Shown one piece after another: positions 28,575 through 38,443 of a DNA stretch of 64,000 bases; position 1 is the first letter of the stretch; each line of letters opens with the position of its first letter. The position numbers were made by a program, and so were the translations under genes. The stretch spans positions 13,546 through 77,545 of the forward strand of contig JBCCQY010000022.1 of assembly GCA_039208735.1 (NCBI GenBank). The letters run 5' to 3'. The DNA is from Myxococcota bacterium (lineage in GTDB: Bacteria; Myxococcota_A; UBA796; GCA-2862545). Under the pieces are notes generated by a model. That model saw only the letters and a list, made by a program, of their open reading frames with translations. It was not told where the DNA came from and searched no databases.

Positions 28575-29552
28575 TTGGCTGACGTACGCCACGACTGGAC
28601 CCGCGAAGAGGTCCGCGCGCTGTTTGACCTTCCCTTCGCGGAGGTAGCCTTCCGCGCTCAGGTCGCTCACCGGGCGCACCACGACCCCAGCAAGGTCCAG
28701 CTCGCCACGCTGTCCAACATCAAGCGCGGGGGATGTCCCGAGGATTGCGCCTATTGCCCACAAGCCGCTCGCTACAACACCGGCGTGGAAAGCGAAGGCC
28801 TCCTCCCCCTCGACGAGGTCATCGATCAGGCGAAACGCGCCAAGGCAAATGGCGCGTCGCGGTTCTGCATGGGGGCCGCCTGGCGTGAAGTGCACGACGG
28901 ACGCGCGTTCGATCGGGTCGTGAAGATGGTCGAAGCCGTCAATGACTTGGGCCTCGAAGTGTGCGCCACCTTGGGCATGATCGATGAAGCGAAGGCCCGT
29001 CGCCTCGCGGATGCTGGGTTGTATGCCTACAACCACAATCTCGACACCTCGCCCGAACACTACGCCGAGATCATCAGCACCCGCACCTACCAGGACCGCC
29101 TCGATACGCTTGGCAACGTGCGTCGGGCCGGCCTCACGGTGTGCTGTGGAGGCATCGTCGGCATGGGCGAAACGCGCGAAGATCGCATCGGGCTCCTCGT
29201 CACCATCGCCGGTCTGAACCCGCACCCCGAATCGGTGCCCATCAACCAGCTGGTTCCTGCGCCGGGAACGCCGCTCGCCGAAGAAAAGGGCGTCGACATC
29301 TTTGAGTACCTGCGCACGATCGCGATCGCCCGCATCCTTCTTCCAACGTCGATGATCCGGCTTGCCGCCGGCCGCACCGCGCTGTCTCGAGAAGGTCAGG
29401 CGTTCGCGTTTTTGTGTGGAGCCAACAGCATTTTCTATGGCCCCGCCCTGCTCACCACCGAGAACCCACCGATCGACCAAGACCATGCCCTGCTCAACAC
29501 CCTCGGCATGGGTCCGCTCGAGCCCCAGGTGGCAGCTCGCTCCGCCAAGTAG
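28575..29552 (+). CDS. bioB: Biotin synthase
   Basis: CPEDCAYC radical SAM motif, YNHNLDTS, CCGGIVGMGE, PESVPIN, GANSIFYG. Confidence 0.96.
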   Translation: MADVRHDWTREEVRALFDLPFAEVAFRAQVAHRAHHDPSKVQLATLSNIKRGGCPEDCAYCPQAARYNTGVESEGLLPLDEVIDQAKRAKANGASRFCMGAAWREVHDGRAFDRVVKMVEAVNDLGLEVCATLGMIDEAKARRLADAGLYAYNHNLDTSPEHYAEIISTRTYQDRLDTLGNVRRAGLTVCCGGIVGMGETREDRIGLLVTIAGLNPHPESVPINQLVPAPGTPLAEEKGVDIFEYLRTIAIARILLPTSMIRLAAGRTALSREGQAFAFLCGANSIFYGPALLTTENPPIDQDHALLNTLGMGPLEPQVAARSAK

Positions 29553-29554
29553 CC

Positions 29555-30712
29555 ATGGCCTCCCGCATCGAGGCCCGGTTTGCGGGCCGACTCGACGCCA
29601 TCGATCGTCACGGACTGCGCCGACACCTGGCCCTTCCCGAGGGCCGTTCCGTCACCAGCAACGACTACCTGGCGCTGACGCGCGATGACGAGGTGCAAAA
29701 AGCGTTGCGGAACGCCTTCGAAGCGGGCCTACCCACGGGTTCGACCGGTTCTCGGCTGTTATCGGGGCATCATGAAGCCGTGGCCCGGTTGGAGGCCACC
29801 GTGGCGCGCTGGCAAGCCGCCGATGCCGCGTTGCTCTATCCAAGTGGGTTTCAGGCGAATCAAGGGCTCTTAGGCACCGTCCTCGAGCCCGGCGACGTCG
29901 TGGTGTCGGATGCGCTGAACCACGCCAGCCTCATCGATGCGATGCGCCTCACCAAAGCTGAACGTCGGATCGTGCCTCACAACGATGTCGACGCCATCGT
30001 GAAGGCCATCGATCCCGAACGGCCCACGGTCGTCGTGGTGGAATCGGTGTACTCGATGGATGGCGACTCCGCCCCGCTGGCCGACCTTGCGACCGCCTGC
30101 GCGGAACGCCGCGCCGCTTTGATCGTGGATGAAGCCCACGCCACCGGGATGTACGGACCGGAAGGTGCAGGGCGCGTAGCTGAAGTGGGCGTGCGTGAGG
30201 CCGTCTTGGCGACGGTGCACCCTGCAGGAAAGGCGCTCGCGGCTGCGGGGGCGTTCGTGGTGGGGTCGGAGGCGCTCCGCGATCTGCAGTTGCAGCGAGC
30301 ACGCAGCTTCATCTACAGCACGGCGCCCCCTCCGTTGCTCGTCGCCACTCTCGAAGCCGTGATCGAACGCATCCGCGGCGATGCCCCGTTGCGTGCGCGG
30401 CCCCGGCAGCTTGGAGCAAGGCTTCGGTCCCGCCTGCGTCCTGTCGTTGAGGCAGCGGGGGGCACCATTCCCGGTGACGACAGCCCCATCGTGCCGGTGG
30501 TCGTGGGGTCGGTGGACGCCGCGGAAGCGCTTGCGCAGGGCTTGCGGCGACGGGGTTGGGCAGCCCGACCGATCCGCCCCCCCACCGTGCCGGAGGGCAC
30601 CTGCCGGGTGCGCCTGGTCGTCCGCGCCGACCTCACCGAAGCCGACATCGACCAGCTCGCGAACGATGTAGCCGCGGCGCTTCGGACGAGCCCCTCCTCG
30701 TGCGGAGGTTAG
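29555..30712 (+). CDS. bioF: 8-amino-7-oxononanoate synthase
   Basis: SNDYL, GSRLLSG, DALNHASLID, ESVYSMDGD, DEAHA, IRPPTVP. Confidence 0.93.
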   Translation: MASRIEARFAGRLDAIDRHGLRRHLALPEGRSVTSNDYLALTRDDEVQKALRNAFEAGLPTGSTGSRLLSGHHEAVARLEATVARWQAADAALLYPSGFQANQGLLGTVLEPGDVVVSDALNHASLIDAMRLTKAERRIVPHNDVDAIVKAIDPERPTVVVVESVYSMDGDSAPLADLATACAERRAALIVDEAHATGMYGPEGAGRVAEVGVREAVLATVHPAGKALAAAGAFVVGSEALRDLQLQRARSFIYSTAPPPLLVATLEAVIERIRGDAPLRARPRQLGARLRSRLRPVVEAAGGTIPGDDSPIVPVVVGSVDAAEALAQGLRRRGWAARPIRPPTVPEGTCRVRLVVRADLTEADIDQLANDVAAALRTSPSSCGG

Positions 30713-30741
30713 GACGCCGGTTCTTGTCAGGAGCCTCTCGC

Positions 30742-32634
30742 GTGTTGCCCGATCCCATCTACGTCACCGGCACGGACACCGACGTCGGCAAGACCGTGGT
30801 CTCAGCCCTGTTGGCCCAAGTTCTCGACCGGGCCTACTGGAAACCCGTACAGGCGGGACGTCCCACCGATCGCGACACGGTCGCCGCGCTGACCGGGGTA
30901 CCCACCCATCCCGAAGCGTTGGTCCTCGAACGCCCCGCCTCTCCACACGCCGCCCTTCAAACCGAAGGGCGAACCTTGGACCTCGAGGCGCTCACCCTGC
31001 CCGCGGGGCCCCTGATCGTGGAGGGAGCGGGCGGCTGGATGGTGCCGTATTCGATGACCGACGATCACGTCGTGTGGCAGGCCGACGTCGTGCGGCATCT
31101 GCGGCTGCCCGTGATCGTGGTCGCCCGAAGCGGGCTTGGCACCCTCAACCACACCCTGTCGACGCTTCGAGCCATCCGCGCCGACGGGATCGTCCCGGTT
31201 GGCCTCATCTTGGTGGGCCCAGCGCATCCCGAAAACGAACGCGACCTGCCCCGGCTGGGAGGGGTGCCCGTGCTCGCCCGACTCGATCGAGCAACCCTGC
31301 CCGACGACGCGCCGAAGCTCGCGGCCTCGCTCCGGCAGCAGCTCGACCAAGCCAGCCCCGGTCCGGTTCGCAGCCCCGGAAGAGAGGCGGAAGGCCTCTG
31401 GCATCCATTTACACAGTTGAAAGGCTTCGTACCGCGGGGGAATGTGGTGCGCGCAGAAGGCGCATGGCTCACCCTCGGCAACGGACGCCGCGTGCTCGAC
31501 GGCATCTCGTCTTGGTGGGTGACCCTGCATGGGCACAGCCATCCGGCCGTCATGGCCGCCATCGCCGAGCAGGCCCATACCTTTGACCAGGTCATTCTGG
31601 CCGACTTCGCCCACGGTCCGGCCGTCGAGTTGTCCGCCCAACTCGCGCAGGTGCTCCCTGGCGACGTCGACCACGTCTTCTACTCGGATGACGGCTCCAC
31701 CTCGGTCGAAGTGGCGCTCAAAATGGCCCTGCAGGGTCACCGGCAGCTCGGGGCAAACCGTACGCGGTTTGTGGCGTTTGACGGCGCGTACCATGGTGAC
31801 ACGGCGGGGGCGATGAGCGTGGGCGAGCGTGGTCCGTTCACCGACGCCTTCGAACCCATGATGTTCGACGTCACCCACTTGCCCTACGACGACGCGGATG
31901 CCCTCGACGCCTGGCTCGACGCCCATGGTCACGAGGTCGCAGGGGTGATTCTCGAGCCGATGGTGCAGGGCGCCGCGGGCATGCGGTTTTGCTCGGCCGA
32001 GTTCCTCGTTCGGGTCCGAGCCGCCTGCGATCGGGTGGGCGCTTGGATGATCACCGACGAAGTGTTCACCGGCTTCGGCCGCACGGGACGCATGTGGGCG
32101 AGCGACCACGCCAACCTCGTGCCCGACATCATGTGCCTGTCGAAGGGCCTGACCGGCGGCTCGATCGCGATGGGGGCCACCGCTTGTCGCACCCACATCT
32201 TTGAAGCGTTTCTCGACGACGACCACGCTCGGGCCTTCCTCCACGGCCATAGCTACACCGGCAGCCCCATCGCTTGTGCGGCCTCGTTGGCCTCGCTGGC
32301 GCTGTTTGAGACCGAGGGCACCCTCGCGCGGGTCGCCGCGATCGAAGCGGCGTATACGCAGGCTTCAGCGCCTCTACGTGACCTCGAAGGCGTCGAGAAC
32401 CTCCGCATCCGAGGCGACATCCTGGCCTACGAAGTGAAGGGAGGACCCGGGGGGTACTTTGATCCCGTGGGACGCCGTATCTGCGACCGTGCCTTCGCCG
32501 AAGACCTCTACGTGCGACCCTTGGGCAACACGCTGTACATGGTGCCGCCGTTGTGCACGACGCCCGCGGAAATCGCCTGGGCGGTCGACATCCTCATCCG
32601 AGCGACCCGCGCAGAACTCGGCCGAGGCGCGTAA
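30742..32634 (+). CDS. bioA: Bifunctional dethiobiotin synthetase / DAPA aminotransferase (BioD-BioA fusion)
   Basis: N-part VTGTDTDVGKT, YWKPVQAG, EGAGG, LGTLNHT; C-part LWHPFTQ, SSWWVTLHGH, DEVFTGFGRTG, SKGLTGG, FLHGHSYT. One continuous frame; CAGGAG RBS before GTG. Confidence 0.92.
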   Translation: MLPDPIYVTGTDTDVGKTVVSALLAQVLDRAYWKPVQAGRPTDRDTVAALTGVPTHPEALVLERPASPHAALQTEGRTLDLEALTLPAGPLIVEGAGGWMVPYSMTDDHVVWQADVVRHLRLPVIVVARSGLGTLNHTLSTLRAIRADGIVPVGLILVGPAHPENERDLPRLGGVPVLARLDRATLPDDAPKLAASLRQQLDQASPGPVRSPGREAEGLWHPFTQLKGFVPRGNVVRAEGAWLTLGNGRRVLDGISSWWVTLHGHSHPAVMAAIAEQAHTFDQVILADFAHGPAVELSAQLAQVLPGDVDHVFYSDDGSTSVEVALKMALQGHRQLGANRTRFVAFDGAYHGDTAGAMSVGERGPFTDAFEPMMFDVTHLPYDDADALDAWLDAHGHEVAGVILEPMVQGAAGMRFCSAEFLVRVRAACDRVGAWMITDEVFTGFGRTGRMWASDHANLVPDIMCLSKGLTGGSIAMGATACRTHIFEAFLDDDHARAFLHGHSYTGSPIACAASLASLALFETEGTLARVAAIEAAYTQASAPLRDLEGVENLRIRGDILAYEVKGGPGGYFDPVGRRICDRAFAEDLYVRPLGNTLYMVPPLCTTPAEIAWAVDILIRATRAELGRGA

Positions 32635-32669
32635 GGGCCGGGGTTATCCTGGCCGAAGAGAGGCGGTTC

Positions 32670-33659
32670 GTGCACGACGACCTCGACATCGCGGTCATCA
32701 TCCCCTGCTACAACGAAGCCGAGACCATTGGGCGAGTGGTCGACGGATTTCGCGTCGCGTTGCCCACAGCCCGAGTGTTCGTCTACGACAACAACAGCAC
32801 CGACGGCACCTCTGCCATCGCCGGAAATGCGGGGGCGAGGGTTCGCAAATGCGCCCTACAGGGCAAGGGCAACGTCGTCCGGCGCATGTTCGCCGACGTC
32901 GAGGCCGACGTCTACGTGATGATCGACGGCGACGACCAGCTCGACGCAGCCGATGCCCCTACGATGGTCGACCGCCTCGTCACCGAGCACCTCGACATGG
33001 TCACGGGCATTCGCGCCGACCACGATGCCCATCGATCGGGCCATGCGTTTGGGAATCGCGTGATGACCGGGCTGGTGGGCGAGTTGTTCGGGCACCGGCT
33101 TTCGGATGTGTTGTCCGGCTACCGCGTGTTCAGCCGACGCTTCGTGAAATCCTTTCCCGCCCTCGCCGAGGGCTTTGAGATCGAAACCGAGCTGACGGTC
33201 CACGCCCTCGAACTCAAGATGCCCGTTGCCGACAGCCCGGTCCGCTTCCGCTCCCGGCCGGAGGGCAACCCCAGCAAACTCAACGCGATTCGCGATGGAC
33301 TGCGCATCCTGTTCACCATCGCTCGGCTCGTCCAGCGCGAGCGGCCCCTGCCGTTTTACGGCGTCATTGGGCTCGAACTCGCCGCGTTGTCGATCGGACT
33401 TGCGATTCCGCTGTTCATCACGTTTTTCGAGACGAGCGAAGTGCCTCGATTCCCCACCGCCATCCTTTGTTCGGCCATCATGCTCGTCGCGTTCCTCTCG
33501 TTCACGGCGGGTGTGGTGCTCGACACGGTGACCCATCACCGCCGTGAAACCCGCATGCTCGCCTACCTCCGCGAACCTTCCCTCGCGAGCCGGACCGAAG
33601 GCATGCAGCATGAGGCGCCGCCGGTTCGAAGCGTCGCAACGGCCAAGCCCCAAACATGA
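32670..33659 (+). CDS. Glycosyltransferase family 2 (DPM1-like) with two C-terminal TM helices
   Basis: IIPCYNE, YDNNSTD, DGD, D..SGYRVFS, FEIETE. Confidence 0.9.
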   Translation: MHDDLDIAVIIPCYNEAETIGRVVDGFRVALPTARVFVYDNNSTDGTSAIAGNAGARVRKCALQGKGNVVRRMFADVEADVYVMIDGDDQLDAADAPTMVDRLVTEHLDMVTGIRADHDAHRSGHAFGNRVMTGLVGELFGHRLSDVLSGYRVFSRRFVKSFPALAEGFEIETELTVHALELKMPVADSPVRFRSRPEGNPSKLNAIRDGLRILFTIARLVQRERPLPFYGVIGLELAALSIGLAIPLFITFFETSEVPRFPTAILCSAIMLVAFLSFTAGVVLDTVTHHRRETRMLAYLREPSLASRTEGMQHEAPPVRSVATAKPQT

Positions 33660-33678
33660 GGCTCACTCACTTTTTAGG

Positions 33679-33731
33679 TTGACGCGGCCCGCGGGGCACG
33701 CGATGCTCTCAATGTGAGAATCGCTCACGTT
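33679..33731 (+). promoter_or_regulatory. Putative sigma70 promoter followed by an operator-like palindrome
   Basis: TTGACG-17 nt-GATGCT, then AATGTGAG-AATCG-CTCACGTT (arms 7/8 complementary) just before the amidase RBS. Confidence 0.45.
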
Positions 33732-33742
33732 TGGAGGCGAGG

Positions 33743-35233
33743 GTGGAGGACTACGAGGAGCACGATGCGGTCGGGCTCGCCGACTTGGTGGCGCGAGGAG
33801 AGGTGTCGCCGGCTGAGCTGGTCCGCGAAGCGCAACGCCGCATCGAGGACCACGACCCCACCTACGGTTTCATCGCGCACCGGTTCGACGCAGAGGTCGC
33901 GCTTACCGCCCTCCCGTCATCGGGGCCGTTTCGGGGGGTGCCCTTCCTGTTGAAAGACCAGCTCGAGGTCGCTGGCCAGCCCATGACACTGGGTTCGCGG
34001 CTGCTCAAGGATTGGACGCCTCCGCACACCCATCCGCTCGCCTCACGGTTCGTCGAAACGGGCCTCGTCCCTCTCGGTCGCACCACGATGAGCGAACTCG
34101 GTCTATTGCCGACCTCGGAGTCTGCGGCCTTCGGCGTCACCCATAATCCCTGGGCCAAGGGCTACTCTCCCGGAGGATCGAGTGGTGGCGCGGCGGTGGC
34201 CGTGACCGCCGGAGTCGTCCCGATCGCCCACGCGGTGGATGGAGGTGGCTCGATTCGGATTCCGGCGTCGGCCTGCGGGCTCATTGGCCTCAAACCCAGT
34301 CGAGGGCGACATCCTGGGTGGGCCGACGATCCGCCACAGGGGTTTGTCAGCCACTTTGCGGTGACCCGAACCGTACGTGACACGGCCGCACTGCTCGACG
34401 CCACCTACGTGTCCGCCGGCCGCTTTCGATTGCCGGCCCCCGAAGTTCCCTACGCCTCGGTCATCGAACGTGACCCCGCTCCGCTGCGAATCGGCCTCAC
34501 GCCCACGGGCCTGTTTGGCGAGGCCCCGCATCCTGAAGTCCTCGCCTCCCTGACGTCGACCGTCGAGCAGCTCGTAGCGCTTGGACACACCGTGGAAGAG
34601 GTCCGCCCGCCTCTCGAGGTGGACCGCTTCGTCGCCGCGTTTCGGGTGCTGTGGGCCACCGCCGCGGGCATCTTCCTCGCCATCGCCCAACGAGATGCGC
34701 CGTTGCCTTCGTGGCTACGGCCATTGACGAGACCGCCCACCGTGTTTCGGCTGCTCACCGCACTCTCGGGTGGCGTGGAGCCGTTTACCCGCCGACTGGC
34801 CCGCCTCCAGCAGGCCTTGGCCCCGACCGACTTGTGGCTCGCCGAGATGGACCTCGAAGCAGCCGCGGCCTCGTTGCAGATCTACTTCGAAACCTACGAC
34901 CTTTGGCTCACCCCTACGCTGTTGCAGCCCCCTCCGAAACACGGGTTCTTCGACCTCGGACTGAGCGATGAGGCGCTCGGCCGGCAGATCTTTGGCCTTA
35001 TCGGCTTTACCGCCATCGCGAACGGCACGGGAATTCCTGCGATTTCGCTGCCCGCCGGATTGGCCGCAGGGCTTCCCGTTGGCGTTCAGTTCATGGCACC
35101 CATGGGCCGTGAGGACCGCCTACTCGCCCTCGCGGGCCAGCTGGAACGCGCCTCATCACCCGATGATCCACTTGCGTGGCCGGTTCACTGGAAACGCTTT
35201 AACGAAGCCGCCACCTCGGGATGGTCTTCGTAA
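33743..35233 (+). CDS. Amidase signature family protein
   Basis: [44 protein letters not shown] before GTG. Confidence 0.92.
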   Translation: MEDYEEHDAVGLADLVARGEVSPAELVREAQRRIEDHDPTYGFIAHRFDAEVALTALPSSGPFRGVPFLLKDQLEVAGQPMTLGSRLLKDWTPPHTHPLASRFVETGLVPLGRTTMSELGLLPTSESAAFGVTHNPWAKGYSPGGSSGGAAVAVTAGVVPIAHAVDGGGSIRIPASACGLIGLKPSRGRHPGWADDPPQGFVSHFAVTRTVRDTAALLDATYVSAGRFRLPAPEVPYASVIERDPAPLRIGLTPTGLFGEAPHPEVLASLTSTVEQLVALGHTVEEVRPPLEVDRFVAAFRVLWATAAGIFLAIAQRDAPLPSWLRPLTRPPTVFRLLTALSGGVEPFTRRLARLQQALAPTDLWLAEMDLEAAAASLQIYFETYDLWLTPTLLQPPPKHGFFDLGLSDEALGRQIFGLIGFTAIANGTGIPAISLPAGLAAGLPVGVQFMAPMGREDRLLALAGQLERASSPDDPLAWPVHWKRFNEAATSGWSS

Positions 35234-36906
35234 GCTGAAGCCGCTTCGAAGAGCGCCTCTGCCCTCGCCTGTTCACCACAGGTCGCCAGAAAGCCTGCGA
35301 ACCGGATCTGCTGCTGGGCATGCAGAATCGGATGTTCTGGAAGCCAGTCCGCAAGGTCAACGTCGGCCACGGACGTCGCAAAGCGAGCCCGGTATTCCGC
35401 CGTGGCGGGAAGGGGCGGCACCACCACCATCACGATGCTGTCCAGGTACACCAGGGCCCAACCGCGTTCGAGGAGGGTCTCGATGCGCTCATGGTGATCG
35501 GGCAGTCGCATTTCGCCGACGACAAAACCCGGCATCCAGGTCTCGATGAGTTCATCGAGCACGGCTTGATCGCTTTGGGCTTCGATGCTCTGCAGAAGGA
35601 AGTCCTTCGGATAGGCCTCCCAGCGCCCATCGACGAACACGTCTTTCACAGGATGAACGTCGTAGGTGAGGTAGTTGCCGGCTCCCCACCCTAGATTGAG
35701 CATCTGGCCTGGAGGAGGGTGCTCGCGCAGGAATGCCGTCGCCGACTCCGCCCACTCGCCCACCGACTTGCCGAGGCCCTGCTGACGTCGCAGGTATGCA
35801 TGGTCGCGAGGCTTCACCTGGCCACCCAAAATGAGCCCGGCCAGGAACACCACGCACGCGGCCAACGCGGCGCGAAAAAGGGGAACCGACTCGAGCAATG
35901 GCGTTTTGGCCTTCTCGTCCCACCGCGTCACCACACTCGCTGCAGCGAGGGCAAAGAACGGGATGCCTCGCAACGCTGCGACGACCAAGGCGGTGCCCAT
36001 CGCAAGGACACCGAGTTCGATCACCGACCAGCGCCCTCGGGCTCGGACCGCGGCCACTCCAACGACCACCGCGAAGACGGCCACGATAGGCCCGCCAAGG
36101 GGGTCCGTCCAGATCGGTTCCAGTTCAGCACTGCGCGCTCCGGTCGTTCCATCGCTTCCCAGCGTGAGCACCGTCGAGACCAGCGCCCACGGGGCGATCC
36201 ACGCGCGCGGACCCAGCGGACTGATCGCCATGACCGCGACGCTTGCGCCAAAGGTCGCCAACAGTGGCGTCAGCGGCAGATCCGCATCGGATTCGTCGAG
36301 CCACCCCCGCCCTCGCAAGGCCCGCGTGACCGCGATGTGCACCGCAAAGCCCGCGATCAGCACCACCCCGATGAGGTACATCTGGTGTGTGTTCACCATG
36401 AACCAGAGTGTGAGCACCATGGCGATGAGGGGCGCTCGGGTCTCGGGGCGGGCTCGCCAGCGTTCGAAGGCCACGAGCAAAAGCCCCAGCCCCAAAACGG
36501 TAAAGACCTCCGGCCGTGGCACCAGATGGCGCTGGACCCCCAGGACGGCGAGAAACCAGACAAACGAGGTCTTGGCAAGCCGATCGGGCCCCCCTGCCCA
36601 CCCCCCCCAAGCCCCTACCGCACAGAGCCAGCTCACACAGCAGAAGACCGAAAGCGTCCAAAATCCAAGGGTTTCGGACAGCACGTACACGGCCAGCTGA
36701 TAGAACGTGTACTGCTGATCGTTTGGATGATCCGGGAAGGTCCAGGAAAATGTATTGGTCAGCAGGGGAGCGCCGGTGTCCCAAATGTGGCGCCCAATCG
36801 CGATGTGCTCGGGGACGTCGATGGGCGAGATGCGGAAGACCCCAAACACCACGAGCAGGGCCACCACGACGGCCAGGGCGGTGCGCTGAAGGGCCGATGC
36901 GGGGAT
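35185..36906 (-). CDS. Polytopic membrane protein (possibly GT-C-like)
   Basis: About 10 hydrophobic segments with D...H...G..I...G.P....FS.T and FVDGRWEAY motifs. The first GTG is at 36867; a possible ATC start at 36906 follows a perfect SD. Confidence 0.7.
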   Translation of the reverse strand: MPASALQRTALAVVVALLVVFGVFRISPIDVPEHIAIGRHIWDTGAPLLTNTFSWTFPDHPNDQQYTFYQLAVYVLSETLGFWTLSVFCCVSWLCAVGAWGGWAGGPDRLAKTSFVWFLAVLGVQRHLVPRPEVFTVLGLGLLLVAFERWRARPETRAPLIAMVLTLWFMVNTHQMYLIGVVLIAGFAVHIAVTRALRGRGWLDESDADLPLTPLLATFGASVAVMAISPLGPRAWIAPWALVSTVLTLGSDGTTGARSAELEPIWTDPLGGPIVAVFAVVVGVAAVRARGRWSVIELGVLAMGTALVVAALRGIPFFALAAASVVTRWDEKAKTPLLESVPLFRAALAACVVFLAGLILGGQVKPRDHAYLRRQQGLGKSVGEWAESATAFLREHPPPGQMLNLGWGAGNYLTYDVHPVKDVFVDGRWEAYPKDFLLQSIEAQSDQAVLDELIETWMPGFVVGEMRLPDHHERIETLLERGWALVYLDSIVMVVVPPLPATAEYRARFATSVADVDLADWLPEHPILHAQQQIRFAGFLATCGEQARAEALFEAASAYEDHPEVAASLKRFQ

Positions 36907-36927
36907 GGATCACCTCCTGCGGAGACC

Positions 36928-37947
36928 TTACCTGCCGTGGCGTTCAAAGAACGCCCAGGCCTCCGTCGTGGTCGAGATGGCATCGGTCGTCGTGCCCCCG
37001 CACTGTTCAGGATTGCCGTAGATCGGCGAGCCCGCCCAGGGATGCCCCAGCTCTTCGACGGTGACGAGCGCGATCTCGATGTCCTGGGGGCAGGTCCAGG
37101 TGCGCGTCCGGACAACGCCCTCGGTTTCGTCGGTCGGCTCATCAGGGCAGGAAGCCGCGGTCCGAAACACCTCGACGGCGGCTTCTACGCCAAGCCGATC
37201 CTGACCGTTGGACGCCACCGCGCCATCGTAGGGCACGCAGAGGTCCTCAAGACCGTGGACATGCAGCAGAGGAACGGGTCGAGACGGCGTGCATTCAAAG
37301 GCGACCAACGGCGGATCGACGCTCTCCTCCACCGTGGCCAGGGTGCCCGCACTAATCGCGACCGCCGCGATGCGATCGCTTGCCTCGCACGCCAGGCGGT
37401 AGGACATCATTCCGCCGTTCGAATGCCCCGTTGCAAAAATGCGATCCGCGTCGAGGCAAGCGCCTTTGGTCTGCGCATCGTCGATCATCGCGATCATGGA
37501 GGCCACATGATCGGGCAGCAGTGCGGGGGGACCACAACAGCTGCCCGCGTTCCAGACCTGCGGACCGCCCTTGCCCACCGCGAAACCCTCGGGCGTCAAT
37601 GTGGCGAACCCTTCCTGATCTCCCAATGCCGAAAGGCCGGTTACCGTCTCGATCGCCGCCCCGTCGCTTCCCCCACCATGGAGCTGGAGGATCGCGGCCC
37701 GAGGTTCGGCCCCCGTCGGTGGGACGTGGAGCCGGTAGCGGAACGGCCGCCCGTCCACCTCGATGGTCTCGTCGTAGTCGCCCGCCGCCCGGCAAACCGG
37801 CCCCGGATCCTGCGTATCTGCAGTAGGTCCGCCGGTCGTCGCGGTCGTCGCGGTCGGTTCGGGAACCTCGGGCGTTCCCGTGGCCGCGGTCGGCGTAGCG
37901 GGTTCTGGTGAAGACGAACAGGCAACCAACCAACCCACGACGAACAT
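36928..37947 (-). CDS. PHB depolymerase / LpqC-like esterase, lipoprotein
   Basis: WLVAC, LHGGG, WNAGSCC, GHSNGG nucleophile elbow, HGLED, GHPW. Confidence 0.87.
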   Translation of the reverse strand: MFVVGWLVACSSSPEPATPTAATGTPEVPEPTATTATTGGPTADTQDPGPVCRAAGDYDETIEVDGRPFRYRLHVPPTGAEPRAAILQLHGGGSDGAAIETVTGLSALGDQEGFATLTPEGFAVGKGGPQVWNAGSCCGPPALLPDHVASMIAMIDDAQTKGACLDADRIFATGHSNGGMMSYRLACEASDRIAAVAISAGTLATVEESVDPPLVAFECTPSRPVPLLHVHGLEDLCVPYDGAVASNGQDRLGVEAAVEVFRTAASCPDEPTDETEGVVRTRTWTCPQDIEIALVTVEELGHPWAGSPIYGNPEQCGGTTTDAISTTTEAWAFFERHGR

Positions 37948-38036
37948 CGGACCTCCTTCCTACGGATGGTCACGAAAACGAAACCCCCAAGGGAATATTG
38001 GTTGGCCCCCTCCGCGCCCTCATAGTATGCGCTCGT

Positions 38037-38438
38037 ATGTCATGGCGTAGTCATCTTCCGACGCTGCTTCAGGAGCGCCGCTTTCGCACCCAGGCGGCGC
38101 TTGCGCAGGCGTTGGCCGACGCGGGGCACCCCGTTGACCAGGCGGCGATCTCGCGGGAGCTGAAGGTGTTGGGTGCGGTCAAGGTGGATGGCACCTACCA
38201 ACTCGTCCAAGAACAGGACGGGTTGCCGGTGTTTGGAGCCTCCGTGACGGCGGGCGGGTGCCTCGTGGTCCTGCGGACGGCGCCGGCCTGGGCCAACGTC
38301 ATGGCGCAGCGCATCGACGAGGCTTCCCTGGTGGGGATCCTTGGCACGATCGCAGGCGATGACACCGTGTTCGTGGCGACCTCTGGAGCCGAGGCCACAG
38401 ACGCACTTCAACATTGGCTCGGCCTTCCGGGAACGTGA
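38037..38438 (+). CDS. argR: Arginine repressor
   Basis: TQ..L...L...G..V.QAAISRELK wHTH; GTIAGDDT arginine-binding motif. Confidence 0.92.
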   Translation: MSWRSHLPTLLQERRFRTQAALAQALADAGHPVDQAAISRELKVLGAVKVDGTYQLVQEQDGLPVFGASVTAGGCLVVLRTAPAWANVMAQRIDEASLVGILGTIAGDDTVFVATSGAEATDALQHWLGLPGT

Positions 38439-38443
38439 CCCCC

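Noticed and set aside
36907..36918. 16S rRNA fragment (GGATCACCTCCT)
   Set aside because: Only 12 nt match and the flanks are protein-coding. It is better explained as an SD on the minus strand.
37990..38045. ARG box upstream of argR
   Set aside because: Only weak similarity to TGCAT/TGAAT-N-ATGCA/ATTCA, so it cannot be supported by eye.
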